Below are positions 18,882 through 27,575 of a DNA stretch of 64,000 nucleotides, piece after piece (positions within the stretch are counted from its first letter, which is position 1; each line of letters starts with the position of its first letter). The notes under the pieces were generated by a model. The model had not been told where the DNA came from. It ran no database searches and worked only from the letters and a program-made list of their open reading frames with translations. The translations under genes were made by a program, and so were the position numbers. This DNA comes from Chlamydiota bacterium (GTDB lineage Bacteria > Auribacterota > JACPWU01), in the NCBI GenBank assembly GCA_016196885.1, contig JACPWU010000021.1, positions 3,618 to 67,617 on the forward strand, read 5' to 3'.

Positions 18882-19033
18882 CTTAAATACCGTTGATCGT
18901 GCAACGTTGTTCGTTCTTCGTTAAAAGCATGACCCTTCCTCGAAATACAAAATTAGGCCTTAGAATATATCTTAAAATAGAAAGATCGTCGAATTGAAAA
19001 AATCAGAGAAAAGCTCTTTGGGAGGGAAATTTT

Positions 19034-19420
19034 TTAACCCTTCTTTCTTTCCGCTTCGTAGGCCTCTAACACCTTTGTTTGAATGTAATCTCTGGCTTCG
19101 ACGGTGATGGGATGTGCAATGTCTCTATGATCTTCCTTGCGATCCTCGTCTTCTGAATGACCTTTCTCTGAAAGAGAGTGCTCGGGCAATTTCGCCCCGC
19201 ACTGCGAACAAAACTTGCTCCGAACGGGCACTTTTTTATGACATTTCAGGCAGGGTTCCTTCATTTTCACACTGGGCATCGCAACAAATAAACCCTTTTT
19301 TCCCTCAATGATTTTTAAATCCCTGACCACAAACATGTCATCAAAGGTGAGGGTGACAAAAGCTTTCAATTTATTGTCTTCGGACTGCGTGAGATGAACT
19401 TTGACCTGTGTGATTTGCAT
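19034..19420 (-). CDS. spoVG: SpoVG-family protein with an inserted CxxC-X11-CxxC zinc-ribbon segment
   Basis: MQITQVKVHL...DMFVVRDLKIIEGKKGLFVAMPS...RDIAHPIT matches SpoVG; about 40 extra residues (EPCLKCHKKVPVRSKFCSQCGAKLPEH...) sit between the AMPS and RDIAHPI blocks. Confidence 0.7.
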   Translation of the reverse strand: MQITQVKVHLTQSEDNKLKAFVTLTFDDMFVVRDLKIIEGKKGLFVAMPSVKMKEPCLKCHKKVPVRSKFCSQCGAKLPEHSLSEKGHSEDEDRKEDHRDIAHPITVEARDYIQTKVLEAYEAERKKG

Positions 19421-19430
19421 CGTCCTCACC

Positions 19431-20300
19431 TCATCTTCCAACTCGCGTCTCGCACACACATGTCCAACACTCAGGAAACTCGCTCTGAATGATCTTTCGA
19501 ATCTCGCAAGCGCTAGTTTGAGAAGGGGCCAGGCCAAAAAGGGTGGGACCACTACCTGAAAGAAGCGACCCCACAGCCCCTGCTCTTCTCAACATCTCTT
19601 TCATCGAAACGAGTGGAGGAAATTTCTTTAAAACCACATCCTCTAAACGATTCAAAAGGTTGCTTGCAAGGTCCCCAAGACGCCCTTCCTTGAGCGCTCC
19701 AAGTACTATTTTAAGATCACCGGCGCCTTGAGTCAAGGTCAAATTCAATTTCCCATAAACCTCAGGCGTGGGAACTTTAAATCGGGGATTGACCAACACC
19801 AGAGAAAAAGGTTTTACCCCTTTTACTTCTTCCAAAATATCCCCGATGCCTCTTCCCAAGGCGGTACCCCCCGTGAGAAAAAAAGGGACATCGGCACCCA
19901 AGGATTGTGCGATTTGAAAACTTTTCTCGGGCGGTAAGCGCATTTGAAAAAGCCGCTCAAGACCCTGGAGCGTCCAAGCCGCATTGCTCGAGCCCCCGCC
20001 CAGTCCTGCGGCCACGGGAATATTTTTTTGGATTCGGATGCGTACCCCCTTTTTGATTTTGGACGCTTCAAAAAAGGCCTGGGCCGCTGAAAAGGCCAAA
20101 TTGCTAGGGCCCCTCGGAATGTCTGGATTCTCAGAAACAATCTCAATACCGGAAGAGATTTTTTCTAAAAAAATTTCATCCGCAAGCGTGATTTCTTGAA
20201 ACACCGTTTCAATATCGTGATAGCCATCTTCCCTTTTGCGAAGCACCTCTAAATAGAGATTCACCTTGGCGGGAGAAAGAATAGCAATGGAATCACTCAT
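19431..20300 (-). CDS. ispE: 4-diphosphocytidyl-2-C-methyl-D-erythritol kinase
   Basis: GHMP kinase motif PVAAGLGGGSSNAAW; 289 aa. Confidence 0.8.
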   Translation of the reverse strand: MSDSIAILSPAKVNLYLEVLRKREDGYHDIETVFQEITLADEIFLEKISSGIEIVSENPDIPRGPSNLAFSAAQAFFEASKIKKGVRIRIQKNIPVAAGLGGGSSNAAWTLQGLERLFQMRLPPEKSFQIAQSLGADVPFFLTGGTALGRGIGDILEEVKGVKPFSLVLVNPRFKVPTPEVYGKLNLTLTQGAGDLKIVLGALKEGRLGDLASNLLNRLEDVVLKKFPPLVSMKEMLRRAGAVGSLLSGSGPTLFGLAPSQTSACEIRKIIQSEFPECWTCVCETRVGR

Positions 20301-20418
20301 GATGCGTCGCCCTTCATTTTATTTTTTCAATCTCTTTGACCTTGTTTCTCAATTTTTCATTCGCCTTACAATTGTTTCCGGGCTGCTCACCCCCTGGAGG
20401 AGGTGAACAGCCTGTCCG

Positions 20419-20455
20419 AAAAAAAGCCCCTGCTCATTTTAAGATAAGCAGGGGC
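20419..20455 (-). terminator. Rho-independent terminator (stem gcccctgct/agcaggggc plus U-run) after the small basic-protein gene
   Basis: 9-bp GC-rich stem with 12-nt loop, followed on the minus strand by 7 U. Confidence 0.6.
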
Positions 20456-20478
20456 TCAAAAAAACGAAGAAAGACCCA

Positions 20479-20565
20479 TTACTTCTTATGACGATCCCTT
20501 CGACTTCTTTTCTTTCTTTTGTGCTTATTCATCTTTGCTTTTCTTTTCTTGCGACCGCAAGGCAT
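20479..20565 (-). CDS. 28-aa highly basic protein, bS22/DUF1713-like (MPCGRKKRKAKMNKHKRKKRSRRDRHKK); not in the ORF track
   Basis: AAGGAG SD 6 nt upstream of ATG; intrinsic terminator 25 nt downstream; KRKxKMxKHKRKKR pattern resembles bacterial bS22 / mitochondrial mS38 C-terminal domains. Confidence 0.45.
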   Translation of the reverse strand: MPCGRKKRKAKMNKHKRKKRSRRDRHKK

Positions 20566-20586
20566 GATTTTCTCCTTTTTAAGCTT

Positions 20587-20662
20587 TTGAACTTTGTATT
20601 GAATAAGATCCTTCGCTCTCACTCAGGATGACACCCCGTGTCCCCCTTGAACCTTCCTTTGG
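20587..20662. repeat. Leader repeat D1 (5' of the bS22-like small gene, 3' of hisG)
   Basis: ttgaac(t)tt(g)tattgaat(a/g)agatccttcgct(c)tcac(t/c)caggatgacacc(c/t)cgtgtc...ctttcc; contains GACAC-N3-GTGTC palindrome. Confidence 0.55.
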
Positions 20663-21532
20663 TTAATATATCACCTTGTTCAGCGGATATTCAATAATTC
20701 CTTCAGCCCCTTGAGACTTTAACTTTGGAATCAGTTCGCGAACGATCTTTTCATCCACAATGGTTTCAACGGCTACCCATCCCTCTTGATTCAATTTGGA
20801 AATCGTCGGTTGACGAAGAGCGGGTAAAAGCGCCACCACCGCCTGCAGTTGATGATCGGGAACATTCATTTTCACACCGACTTTTTCCTCCGCCATCAAA
20901 GCCCCTTTTAAAAGAAGGGCCAGATTTTCAATTTTCTTCTTTTTCCAAGAATCTTCCCAAGCCTTTTTATTGGCGATCACGCGAGTCGTGGATTCCAAAA
21001 CCGTTTCAATGATGCGCAGATGATTGGCCCTGAGGCTCGATCCTGTTTCTGTGATTTCACAAATGGCATCCACCAATTCTGGGACCTTAATTTCTGTGGC
21101 CCCCCATGAAAATTCCACCTCTGCCTTGACACCCCGTTTCTTGAGAAAGGCCTTTGTAAGATTGACACCTTCTGTGGCTATTCTTTTCCCCTCCAAATCT
21201 TCCACCTTCTGAAATTTAGAATCATTGTGAACCGCGATCACCCACCTGACAGGGCGCAAACCTTGTTTGGCATAAATCAAATCGCAAACCTCATGCACAT
21301 CCGAACCATTCTCGACAATCCAGTCCTTGCCCGTGAGTCCCAAATCTAAAACGCCGGACTCTACGTAGCGAGACATCTCCTGAGCCCGAATTAAAATGGC
21401 CTCTATTTCATTGTCATTCACGGAAGGCTTGTAAGACCGCTCCCCCACACGAATGTCGTAGCCCGCCTTTTTAAAAAGGGTGAACGTGGATTCTTGGAGG
21501 CTTCCCTTGGGTAAACCTAACCTCAGCTTCAT
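20663..21532 (-). CDS. hisG: ATP phosphoribosyltransferase (long form with C-terminal regulatory domain)
   Basis: 289 aa; [13 protein letters not shown]-terminus and HisG catalytic plus C-terminal domains. Confidence 0.8.
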   Translation of the reverse strand: MKLRLGLPKGSLQESTFTLFKKAGYDIRVGERSYKPSVNDNEIEAILIRAQEMSRYVESGVLDLGLTGKDWIVENGSDVHEVCDLIYAKQGLRPVRWVIAVHNDSKFQKVEDLEGKRIATEGVNLTKAFLKKRGVKAEVEFSWGATEIKVPELVDAICEITETGSSLRANHLRIIETVLESTTRVIANKKAWEDSWKKKKIENLALLLKGALMAEEKVGVKMNVPDHQLQAVVALLPALRQPTISKLNQEGWVAVETIVDEKIVRELIPKLKSQGAEGIIEYPLNKVIY

Positions 21533-21547
21533 TCCCGTCTCCCTCTT

Positions 21548-21618
21548 TTGAACCTTTATTGAATGAGATCCTTCGCTTCACCCAGGATGACACCTCGTGT
21601 CACCTTTAAACTTTCTTT
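21548..21618. repeat. Leader repeat D2 (immediately 5' of hisG); A1 inserted at its distal end
   Basis: About 80 percent identical to D1; TGACAC-ctc-GTGTCA inverted repeat about 60 nt upstream of the hisG ATG. Confidence 0.55.
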
Positions 21619-21751
21619 TAGGCATATGCACTTGATTCCCCTCAGATAGAAAGAATTTGTAGTCGCCCCATTTATGGGGCAGCCTTGTGCCCCTTGCATG
21701 GATTGCCCGATGAATCGGGCGACTACTAGGGGAATCAAGTGCATATGCCTA
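21619..21751. mobile_element. MITE family A, copy A1 (133 bp; TIR TAGGCATATGCACTTGATTCCCCT; 8-bp TSD ctttcttt)
   Basis: Imperfect palindrome with terminal inverted repeats and two internal hairpin modules (cgcccgattcatcgggcg and gccccatttatggggc); flanked by identical 8-bp direct repeats. Confidence 0.75.
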
Positions 21752-22445
21752 CTTTCTTTTTATAAAAATCACAACAGGCGCGAATCACACACCTGGGGCA
21801 TCTGGGGTTTTTAACCTTGCAGGTGACTCGGCCATGTTTCATCAATTGAGAATGCAAACTCAATACCAAATATCGTGGCGCAACACAATGAATAACTTCT
21901 TGAACCGCTTCCAAAGGGGCATGATTCCACACCCATCCCAACCTTTTTGAAACCCGCTCTACATGAGTATCTATGGGCATGACAGGCCGATTCAGGGAAT
22001 ACAAAAGAACATGGCTGGCCGTTTTCACCCCAATCCCTTTTAGAGAAAGAAGATATTTTAAAGCCTGGGCTTCCTCCATTTCTCTCAAGAAATCCAGTGA
22101 CAACTCTTTTCGGTCCCGATAAATACGTCCTAAAATTCTTCTGATTCTTAAAGCCTTGGTGTGATTCAAACCGCCTTTTTGAATGGCCGAAGAAATTTCT
22201 CCCACGGGAGCTGCCATCAAACCTTCCCAATTCCTGAATTTCTTTTTCAGCCTTTCAAAAGCCTCTTGGGAGTGAAGAGGTGTGGTGTTCTGCGCAAGAA
22301 TGGTGAACACCAGTTCGTCAAGAGGACCTTTTTTTCCGTCCCGAACCAGACGTCCATGCTTTTCTTGCAGCAAATCATGGACTTTCATCACATTCATTCG
22401 AATGCGCTTTTGATCCTCTGGGGTCAGTTCTAAATTCATAAGCAC
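21735..22445 (-). CDS. nth: HhH-GPD endonuclease III-like DNA glycosylase with 4Fe-4S cluster loop
   Basis: HhH motif LKGIGVKTASHVL and cluster motif CKVKNPRCPRC; last four codons plus stop are supplied by the A1 MITE terminus. Confidence 0.7.
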   Translation of the reverse strand: MLMNLELTPEDQKRIRMNVMKVHDLLQEKHGRLVRDGKKGPLDELVFTILAQNTTPLHSQEAFERLKKKFRNWEGLMAAPVGEISSAIQKGGLNHTKALRIRRILGRIYRDRKELSLDFLREMEEAQALKYLLSLKGIGVKTASHVLLYSLNRPVMPIDTHVERVSKRLGWVWNHAPLEAVQEVIHCVAPRYLVLSLHSQLMKHGRVTCKVKNPRCPRCVIRACCDFYKKKVGICT

Positions 22446-22453
22446 CTGAAAAT

Positions 22454-22496
22454 ACAGTCGACAGTCGATAGACCGTGGACTATGGACTGTTTTTTA
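22454..22496. repeat. Element N2 (acagtcgacagtcgatagaccgtggactatggactgt plus T6), nth-purN junction
   Basis: Hairpin plus T-run on the plus strand; shares the ccatagtc/gactatgg core with N1. Confidence 0.45.
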
Positions 22497-23094
22497 TAAC
22501 CACCCTTCTCCCCTTAACCAAAATCCTTCCCTCTGCAATCAATTTCAGGGCCTCTGGATATAGACGATGTTCCGCCTTTTGAAGGCGCGCATGCAACGTC
22601 TCTGGCGTGTCTTCATCCAACACCTTCACGGCCTCCTGAAGGACAATAGGCCCCGTGTCCAATCCCTCATCCACAAAATGAACCGTGCAGCCTGTGATCT
22701 TCGCTCCTGCCTCCAAGGCCTGCCGCCAAGCGTCAAGGCCCCGAAAAGCTGGGAGGAGCGATGGATGAATGTTGAGAATTTTACCTTTATAGGCCCTGAA
22801 GAAATCACCTTTTAAAACCCGCATGTAACCTGCCAGCACCACCCATTCGACCCCATGATTTTGAAGGGCGTGAATGTAATCAGCCTCTATAGAAGGCTCT
22901 AAATAAGTTTTAAATTTTCCGGGAGGAAGATAAAGATAAGGAATTTTATGAATTCTCGCCTTCTCTAAAATGGGGGCTTTTTCAACATCGGAAATGACAA
23001 GTACGATTTGGGCCTGGAGTTCTCCCTTTTGAATGGCCTCAAAAAGAGCCTCGAAATTCGTCCCTCGTCCCGAACCTAAAATGCCAATCTTCAA
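22480..23094 (-). CDS. purN: Phosphoribosylglycinamide formyltransferase
   Basis: 204 aa; MKIGILGSGRGTNFEAL and the formyltransferase motif region. Confidence 0.8.
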   Translation of the reverse strand: MKIGILGSGRGTNFEALFEAIQKGELQAQIVLVISDVEKAPILEKARIHKIPYLYLPPGKFKTYLEPSIEADYIHALQNHGVEWVVLAGYMRVLKGDFFRAYKGKILNIHPSLLPAFRGLDAWRQALEAGAKITGCTVHFVDEGLDTGPIVLQEAVKVLDEDTPETLHARLQKAEHRLYPEALKLIAEGRILVKGRRVVIKNSP

Positions 23095-23177
23095 GAAGAC
23101 CCACCTTTTCTGCTTGTTTTCTCATCAAAACACCTGTAAGAATTTAAAGAAATGCCCGTTTGAAGTCAAGGGAGGAG

Positions 23178-23279
23178 AAATCTCAAATCCAAATATCAAA
23201 AATCAAAGATCAAAATTAAGGAAGAATTCAATTTAATGGACTCCTTAATTTTGGATTTTGAATTTTGGACTTTGATTTT
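23178..23279. promoter_or_regulatory. Palindromic array of ATCAAA(A) heptamers in the divergent purN / sigma-54-regulator promoter region
   Basis: Left arm tcaaatccaaatatcaaaaatcaaagatcaaaatt, right arm aattttggattttgaattttggactttgatttt, around an aagga...tcctt centre. Confidence 0.4.
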
Positions 23280-23288
23280 AAGGTAACC

Positions 23289-24719
23289 ATGGCCTATAAA
23301 ATTTTAATCGTAGATGATGACGAAGCCATTCGCTATTCGGTTTCCCGCATGCTTTCAGAAGAAGGCTATGAAATCCTTTCTGCCTCCTCCACAAAAGAAG
23401 CGATGGATGTCACCTCTAGGGAATCACCCGACACCGTTCTCATGGACATTCGCATGGGAACGAGCTCGGGCCTTGAAACCCTTCGCGAACTTAAAAAAAT
23501 AGATGAGAAACTGCCTGTGATTCTGATGACCGCCTTTGGAACCACACAAACAGCCATCGAGGCCATGAAGCGCGGGGCCTTTGATTATGTTCTTAAACCT
23601 TTCGAACCTTCGGAATTAAAAGAACTCATTCAAAAAGCCGTCCATGCCCGTATTTCCATGCATCAAAAAGTGAATTTTGAACCCGGGACAGCCATCAACC
23701 TCGAGCAGGACCTCATTGTAGGATCCTCTAAAAAGATGCAAGAGGTTTATAAAATGATCGGGCAAGTAGCCCCCAAAGATGTTTCTCTCTTGATTCGGGG
23801 TGAAAGTGGGACGGGTAAAGAATTAGTAGCCCGAGCCGTTTACCATCATAGCGCACGACGAGATAAACCCTTTTTACCTGTAAACTGCGCCGCTATTCCG
23901 GAAGCCCTTTTGGAAAGCGAACTTTTCGGACATGAGAAAGGGGCCTTCACGGGAGCTTCTTCCCAACGCATTGGGAAATTCGAACAATGTCATGAGGGAA
24001 CGATTTTCTTGGATGAAATTGGGGACATGGCTCCGTCTACACAAGCAAAATTTTTACGTGTTCTTCAAGAAAAAGAATTTCAAAGAATCGGAGGAACCCA
24101 AACGCTGCGTGTGAACGTTCGTGTCATCGCTGCAACCAATAAAAATCTTGAAGAGGAAATGAAAAAAGGTCATTTTAGAGAAGACCTGTTTTACCGCCTG
24201 AACACGATCACGATTTGGCTTCCCCCCTTGCGCGAGAAAAAAGAAGACATCCCAGAATTATGTCTCTACTTTCTAAAAAGATTTTCCCTGGAATTCAACA
24301 AGAATATTCTCGGATTTCATCCCGCGGGTCTTAAGGCCCTGACCCATTATTCCTGGCCGGGGAATATTCGAGAATTGGAGAACACGATCAAAAGGATGGT
24401 GATCACCACCAAGGGCAATTTAATATTGCCAGAAGACATTCAAATGCCTGAAGGGGAAAAAGAAAAGGGTCCAGGGTCCAGGATCCAAGGGAACATTCCC
24501 CAGATTGCTCAAACCATCTTTGATCTGATTCTAGAAGCCCAGGGACGCAATGAACAAGGTGAGATCATGGACCATGTCGAAAAAGAGCTGATCAAATTAG
24601 CTTTGGAAGAAACGCAAGGCAACCAACTTAAGGCTGCTCAAATCTTGGGGATGAATCGCTCAACTTTGCGAAAAAAAATTGAAACCTACAAAATCGTCAA
24701 AGGAGTGGTGGTGGAATAA
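23289..24719 (+). CDS. Sigma-54-dependent two-component response regulator (NtrC family)
   Basis: REC domain, AAA+ sigma-54 interaction domain with GESGTGKE and GAFTGA motifs, C-terminal Fis-type HTH; ATG at 23289 preferred over the track's TTG at 23265. Confidence 0.8.
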   Translation: MAYKILIVDDDEAIRYSVSRMLSEEGYEILSASSTKEAMDVTSRESPDTVLMDIRMGTSSGLETLRELKKIDEKLPVILMTAFGTTQTAIEAMKRGAFDYVLKPFEPSELKELIQKAVHARISMHQKVNFEPGTAINLEQDLIVGSSKKMQEVYKMIGQVAPKDVSLLIRGESGTGKELVARAVYHHSARRDKPFLPVNCAAIPEALLESELFGHEKGAFTGASSQRIGKFEQCHEGTIFLDEIGDMAPSTQAKFLRVLQEKEFQRIGGTQTLRVNVRVIAATNKNLEEEMKKGHFREDLFYRLNTITIWLPPLREKKEDIPELCLYFLKRFSLEFNKNILGFHPAGLKALTHYSWPGNIRELENTIKRMVITTKGNLILPEDIQMPEGEKEKGPGSRIQGNIPQIAQTIFDLILEAQGRNEQGEIMDHVEKELIKLALEETQGNQLKAAQILGMNRSTLRKKIETYKIVKGVVVE

Positions 24720-24737
24720 AATCGACAGAATTTTATT

Positions 24738-27419
24738 ATGAAAATCAATCTCGAAAAAATCCTGAGTCATGCCCAAGCTGAACTCCGCGTCCTTCCTCAG
24801 GGAGGAGATCAAGATTGGACTCGCCTCTTCAAAAAATTTCTTCACGTTGAGAACCATCGCCTTCTCATGGCCCATCGGTATGGAGCAGAAGGCCTCACCC
24901 TCATTCAAAACCGAAGCCATCTCATGGATATTTTGGTGAGGCATATTTTTGAATTGGCGCAAAGAGAGTACGCGATTCAACACGAGAGACCCCCCGTCAA
25001 AATGGCCCTGATTGCCCTGGGAGGCTACGGACGCCAAACCCTCAATCCCTGCTCGGACATTGACATTCTTTTTTTGGCGAAACAATCCTTGCAAACGCCC
25101 GAGGATCAAATTCTAAAACGCATTCTTTATCTTCTCTGGGACATTGGGCTCAAAGTGGGACAAGCGGTGAGAACCATTCCTCAAACAATCGAAGAGGGAA
25201 ATCGCGATTTTAAATCTCGGACCGCGATGATGGAGGCCCGTTTCATCACGGGAGATGAATCCCTTTTTGAAGAATTTCAAAAGCTCTTTTCCAAAAAATG
25301 TTCATCCCTTCGCATCGCAGATTATGTAGCCTTTAAACTTGAAGAGATCAAGACGCGCCATCAGAAATATCAGGGAACCGTTTATTTGCAAGAACCCCAC
25401 GTGAAAGAAGGCGTGGGGGGCTTAAGAGACATCGCCTCGATTCTTTGGCTTTATCAAGCCCTGAAGGGGTACCGAAGCTTTGAAGAACTTTTGGAACATC
25501 GCCTTATTTCAGAAAAAGAATTCAAGATCATCCAGAAATCCCTCAACTTTCTTCACCGCGTTCGAAATGAACTTCATTTTCTTTCTGGAAAATGTTTCGA
25601 CATTCTTTCCGTTCCCCTGCAGCCTAAGGTCGCGAGAAATCTAGGCTACCGTGACACACCGATTCTCAAAATGTCTGAATCCTTCATGAAGGATTATTAC
25701 CTTCATGTTCGAAACATCCATCAAATCACGCAAATGTTCCTTTCCCGAGACGAGATTCAAACCCAGCTCAAAATCCCTTTCCCCCAAAAATTCGTTCAGC
25801 GCCATGGGTTCTCATTCACCGCGGAAGAAATTTTTCCGGGAGAAAATCCAAATCTTTTCAGAGAAAATCCAGCCAAACTCTTCGAAGTCTTTCTCTACTG
25901 TGCCCAAGGCAATGACTCCCTCAGTCAAAGCTTAATTCAGCAAATTCGAGAGCATCTCTTTTTGGTGAATAAAAAAATACAAAGCTCTTCAGAAATATTG
26001 AATCACTTTGTTTCCCTCATGAGCTATGAAAGCCCCATTTCCAAAGCCCTTCGGGCCATGCATGATACAGGATTGCTTGGAAAGTATATTCCAGAATTCG
26101 GGAAGGCCACTTGTTTTGTTCAGCATGATTTCTATCATAAATACACCCTCGACGAACACACCTTGAAAGTGATCGAGTTTCTGGACGAACTTAAAACCAC
26201 ACAAGATCCCCGACAGCAAGGATTCTCGAAATTATTTAAGGAAATTCAAGAGCGGGACGTGCTTTTCCTCTCGGCCCTTTTTCATGACATTGCCAAAACC
26301 CAAGGTCATAACCATGCTGTGAATGGGGCTAAAATGGTGCAAGTGATTTTCGAGAGAATGCCTTACGACCCTATGAAGGCCGAGCGCGTGCGGCTCCTGG
26401 TCGAGCAACATCTGGTCATGTCTCATCTGTCGCAAAGAAGAGATCTCTCGGAAGAAAAAGTGATCATTGATTTTTCACAAAAGGTGGTGGATGTAGAAAA
26501 TCTAAAAATGCTTCAGCTCTTGACTTTTGCGGACTGGCGGGCGACCAGCGAAGACGTTTGGACTGAATGGCGAGAGGCCCTTTTATGGGAGCTTTTTTAT
26601 AAAACCAAGCGCTACCTGGAAGAAAAGGTGATTTTGCTCCCCTCAGAGATAGATGCCATGAAGGAATCGCACCTCGAGATTCTCACCCAAAAGGGCTTCT
26701 CTCGAGAGACCCTTATAAACCATCTGGAAACGCTGCCCGTCCATTATCTTCAGGCGTATCGTTCTGAAACCATCGCCGAACATATCAAGATGATTGAAGC
26801 ACTTCAAAATCAAGACCCCCAAATCCATTGGGACTATCATGAAAAAACCAATGTCACGGACCTGACCATCTGCACGCGAGATCATCTGGGACTTTTTTCG
26901 GAAATGGCGGGGGTGATTGCAAGCCAAGAAGTGAACATTTTGAGCGCTCATATCTTCACGCGAAAAGATGGTTTCATTCTGGATAAATTCTCCCTGGAAA
27001 ACCGTTACGAAAAGGGCATGCTCGACGAGCGGACACGTCAGAAAGTGGAAGAAGGAATGAGGAAGGTTTTGAAACGCACGGTGACGGTGGAAAGCTTTTT
27101 AAGGGCCCACACATCTCAAAAAATGACTGCCAAGAAGGCACAAGCCTTGATTAAATTTGACAACGAAACCAGCCTTGCCACCACTGTCGTGGAAATTCAA
27201 ACGGATGATGAAGTGGGATTTCTCTATAAGGTCACGCGAACGTTTTCAAAGCTGGGACTCAACATTCACCTGGCCAAAATTGCGACGGAAAAAGCTCAAA
27301 TATTGGATGTCTTTTACATCACCGATTTTGACGGAAAGAAAATTGACCACCCCAAGGTTCAAAAAGCGATTCAAGAAGAGCTTCAAAAAGCCATCCAAAG
27401 CCCGTTGGAAGAGATTTAA
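24738..27419 (+). CDS. glnD: Bifunctional [protein-PII] uridylyltransferase/uridylyl-removing enzyme
   Basis: 893 aa; NTase motif GGYGRQTLNPCSDIDILF, HD domain (FHDIAKT), two C-terminal ACT domains. Confidence 0.8.
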   Translation: MKINLEKILSHAQAELRVLPQGGDQDWTRLFKKFLHVENHRLLMAHRYGAEGLTLIQNRSHLMDILVRHIFELAQREYAIQHERPPVKMALIALGGYGRQTLNPCSDIDILFLAKQSLQTPEDQILKRILYLLWDIGLKVGQAVRTIPQTIEEGNRDFKSRTAMMEARFITGDESLFEEFQKLFSKKCSSLRIADYVAFKLEEIKTRHQKYQGTVYLQEPHVKEGVGGLRDIASILWLYQALKGYRSFEELLEHRLISEKEFKIIQKSLNFLHRVRNELHFLSGKCFDILSVPLQPKVARNLGYRDTPILKMSESFMKDYYLHVRNIHQITQMFLSRDEIQTQLKIPFPQKFVQRHGFSFTAEEIFPGENPNLFRENPAKLFEVFLYCAQGNDSLSQSLIQQIREHLFLVNKKIQSSSEILNHFVSLMSYESPISKALRAMHDTGLLGKYIPEFGKATCFVQHDFYHKYTLDEHTLKVIEFLDELKTTQDPRQQGFSKLFKEIQERDVLFLSALFHDIAKTQGHNHAVNGAKMVQVIFERMPYDPMKAERVRLLVEQHLVMSHLSQRRDLSEEKVIIDFSQKVVDVENLKMLQLLTFADWRATSEDVWTEWREALLWELFYKTKRYLEEKVILLPSEIDAMKESHLEILTQKGFSRETLINHLETLPVHYLQAYRSETIAEHIKMIEALQNQDPQIHWDYHEKTNVTDLTICTRDHLGLFSEMAGVIASQEVNILSAHIFTRKDGFILDKFSLENRYEKGMLDERTRQKVEEGMRKVLKRTVTVESFLRAHTSQKMTAKKAQALIKFDNETSLATTVVEIQTDDEVGFLYKVTRTFSKLGLNIHLAKIATEKAQILDVFYITDFDGKKIDHPKVQKAIQEELQKAIQSPLEEI

Positions 27420-27446
27420 CCCAGATTTTGCAATAGACGCGAGAAC
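27417..27446. repeat. Half-copy G2 (taacccagattttgcaatagacgcgagaac) overlapping the glnD stop codon
   Basis: Exact reverse complement of the right 30 bp of G1. Confidence 0.6.
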
Positions 27447-27575
27447 CGCTTATTTTTCATTCCCCTCGTTCACAACATTTTCCTAAAAAACCATGGCCCA
27501 AATAGAGATCAATTGTTATCATTTTCCAAAGCCTAAAGTCTTTTTAGGGATTCTTGAAAAAATTCATGAGACAAC

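Noticed and set aside
21556-21744. ORFs encoding MHLIPLVVARFIGQSMQGAQGCPINGATTNS... (also 38506..38757), apparently a conserved small protein
   Set aside because: Both are translations of the 133-bp A-family MITE (copies are mutual reverse complements on opposite strands, hence the same peptide). There is no SD, and the reading frame runs out of the element into unrelated sequence.
22454-22496. N2 hairpin plus T6 as a functional plus-strand terminator
   Set aside because: No plus-strand gene lies upstream (nth and purN are both minus strand). It is more plausibly part of the N repeat family; possible antisense termination cannot be assessed.
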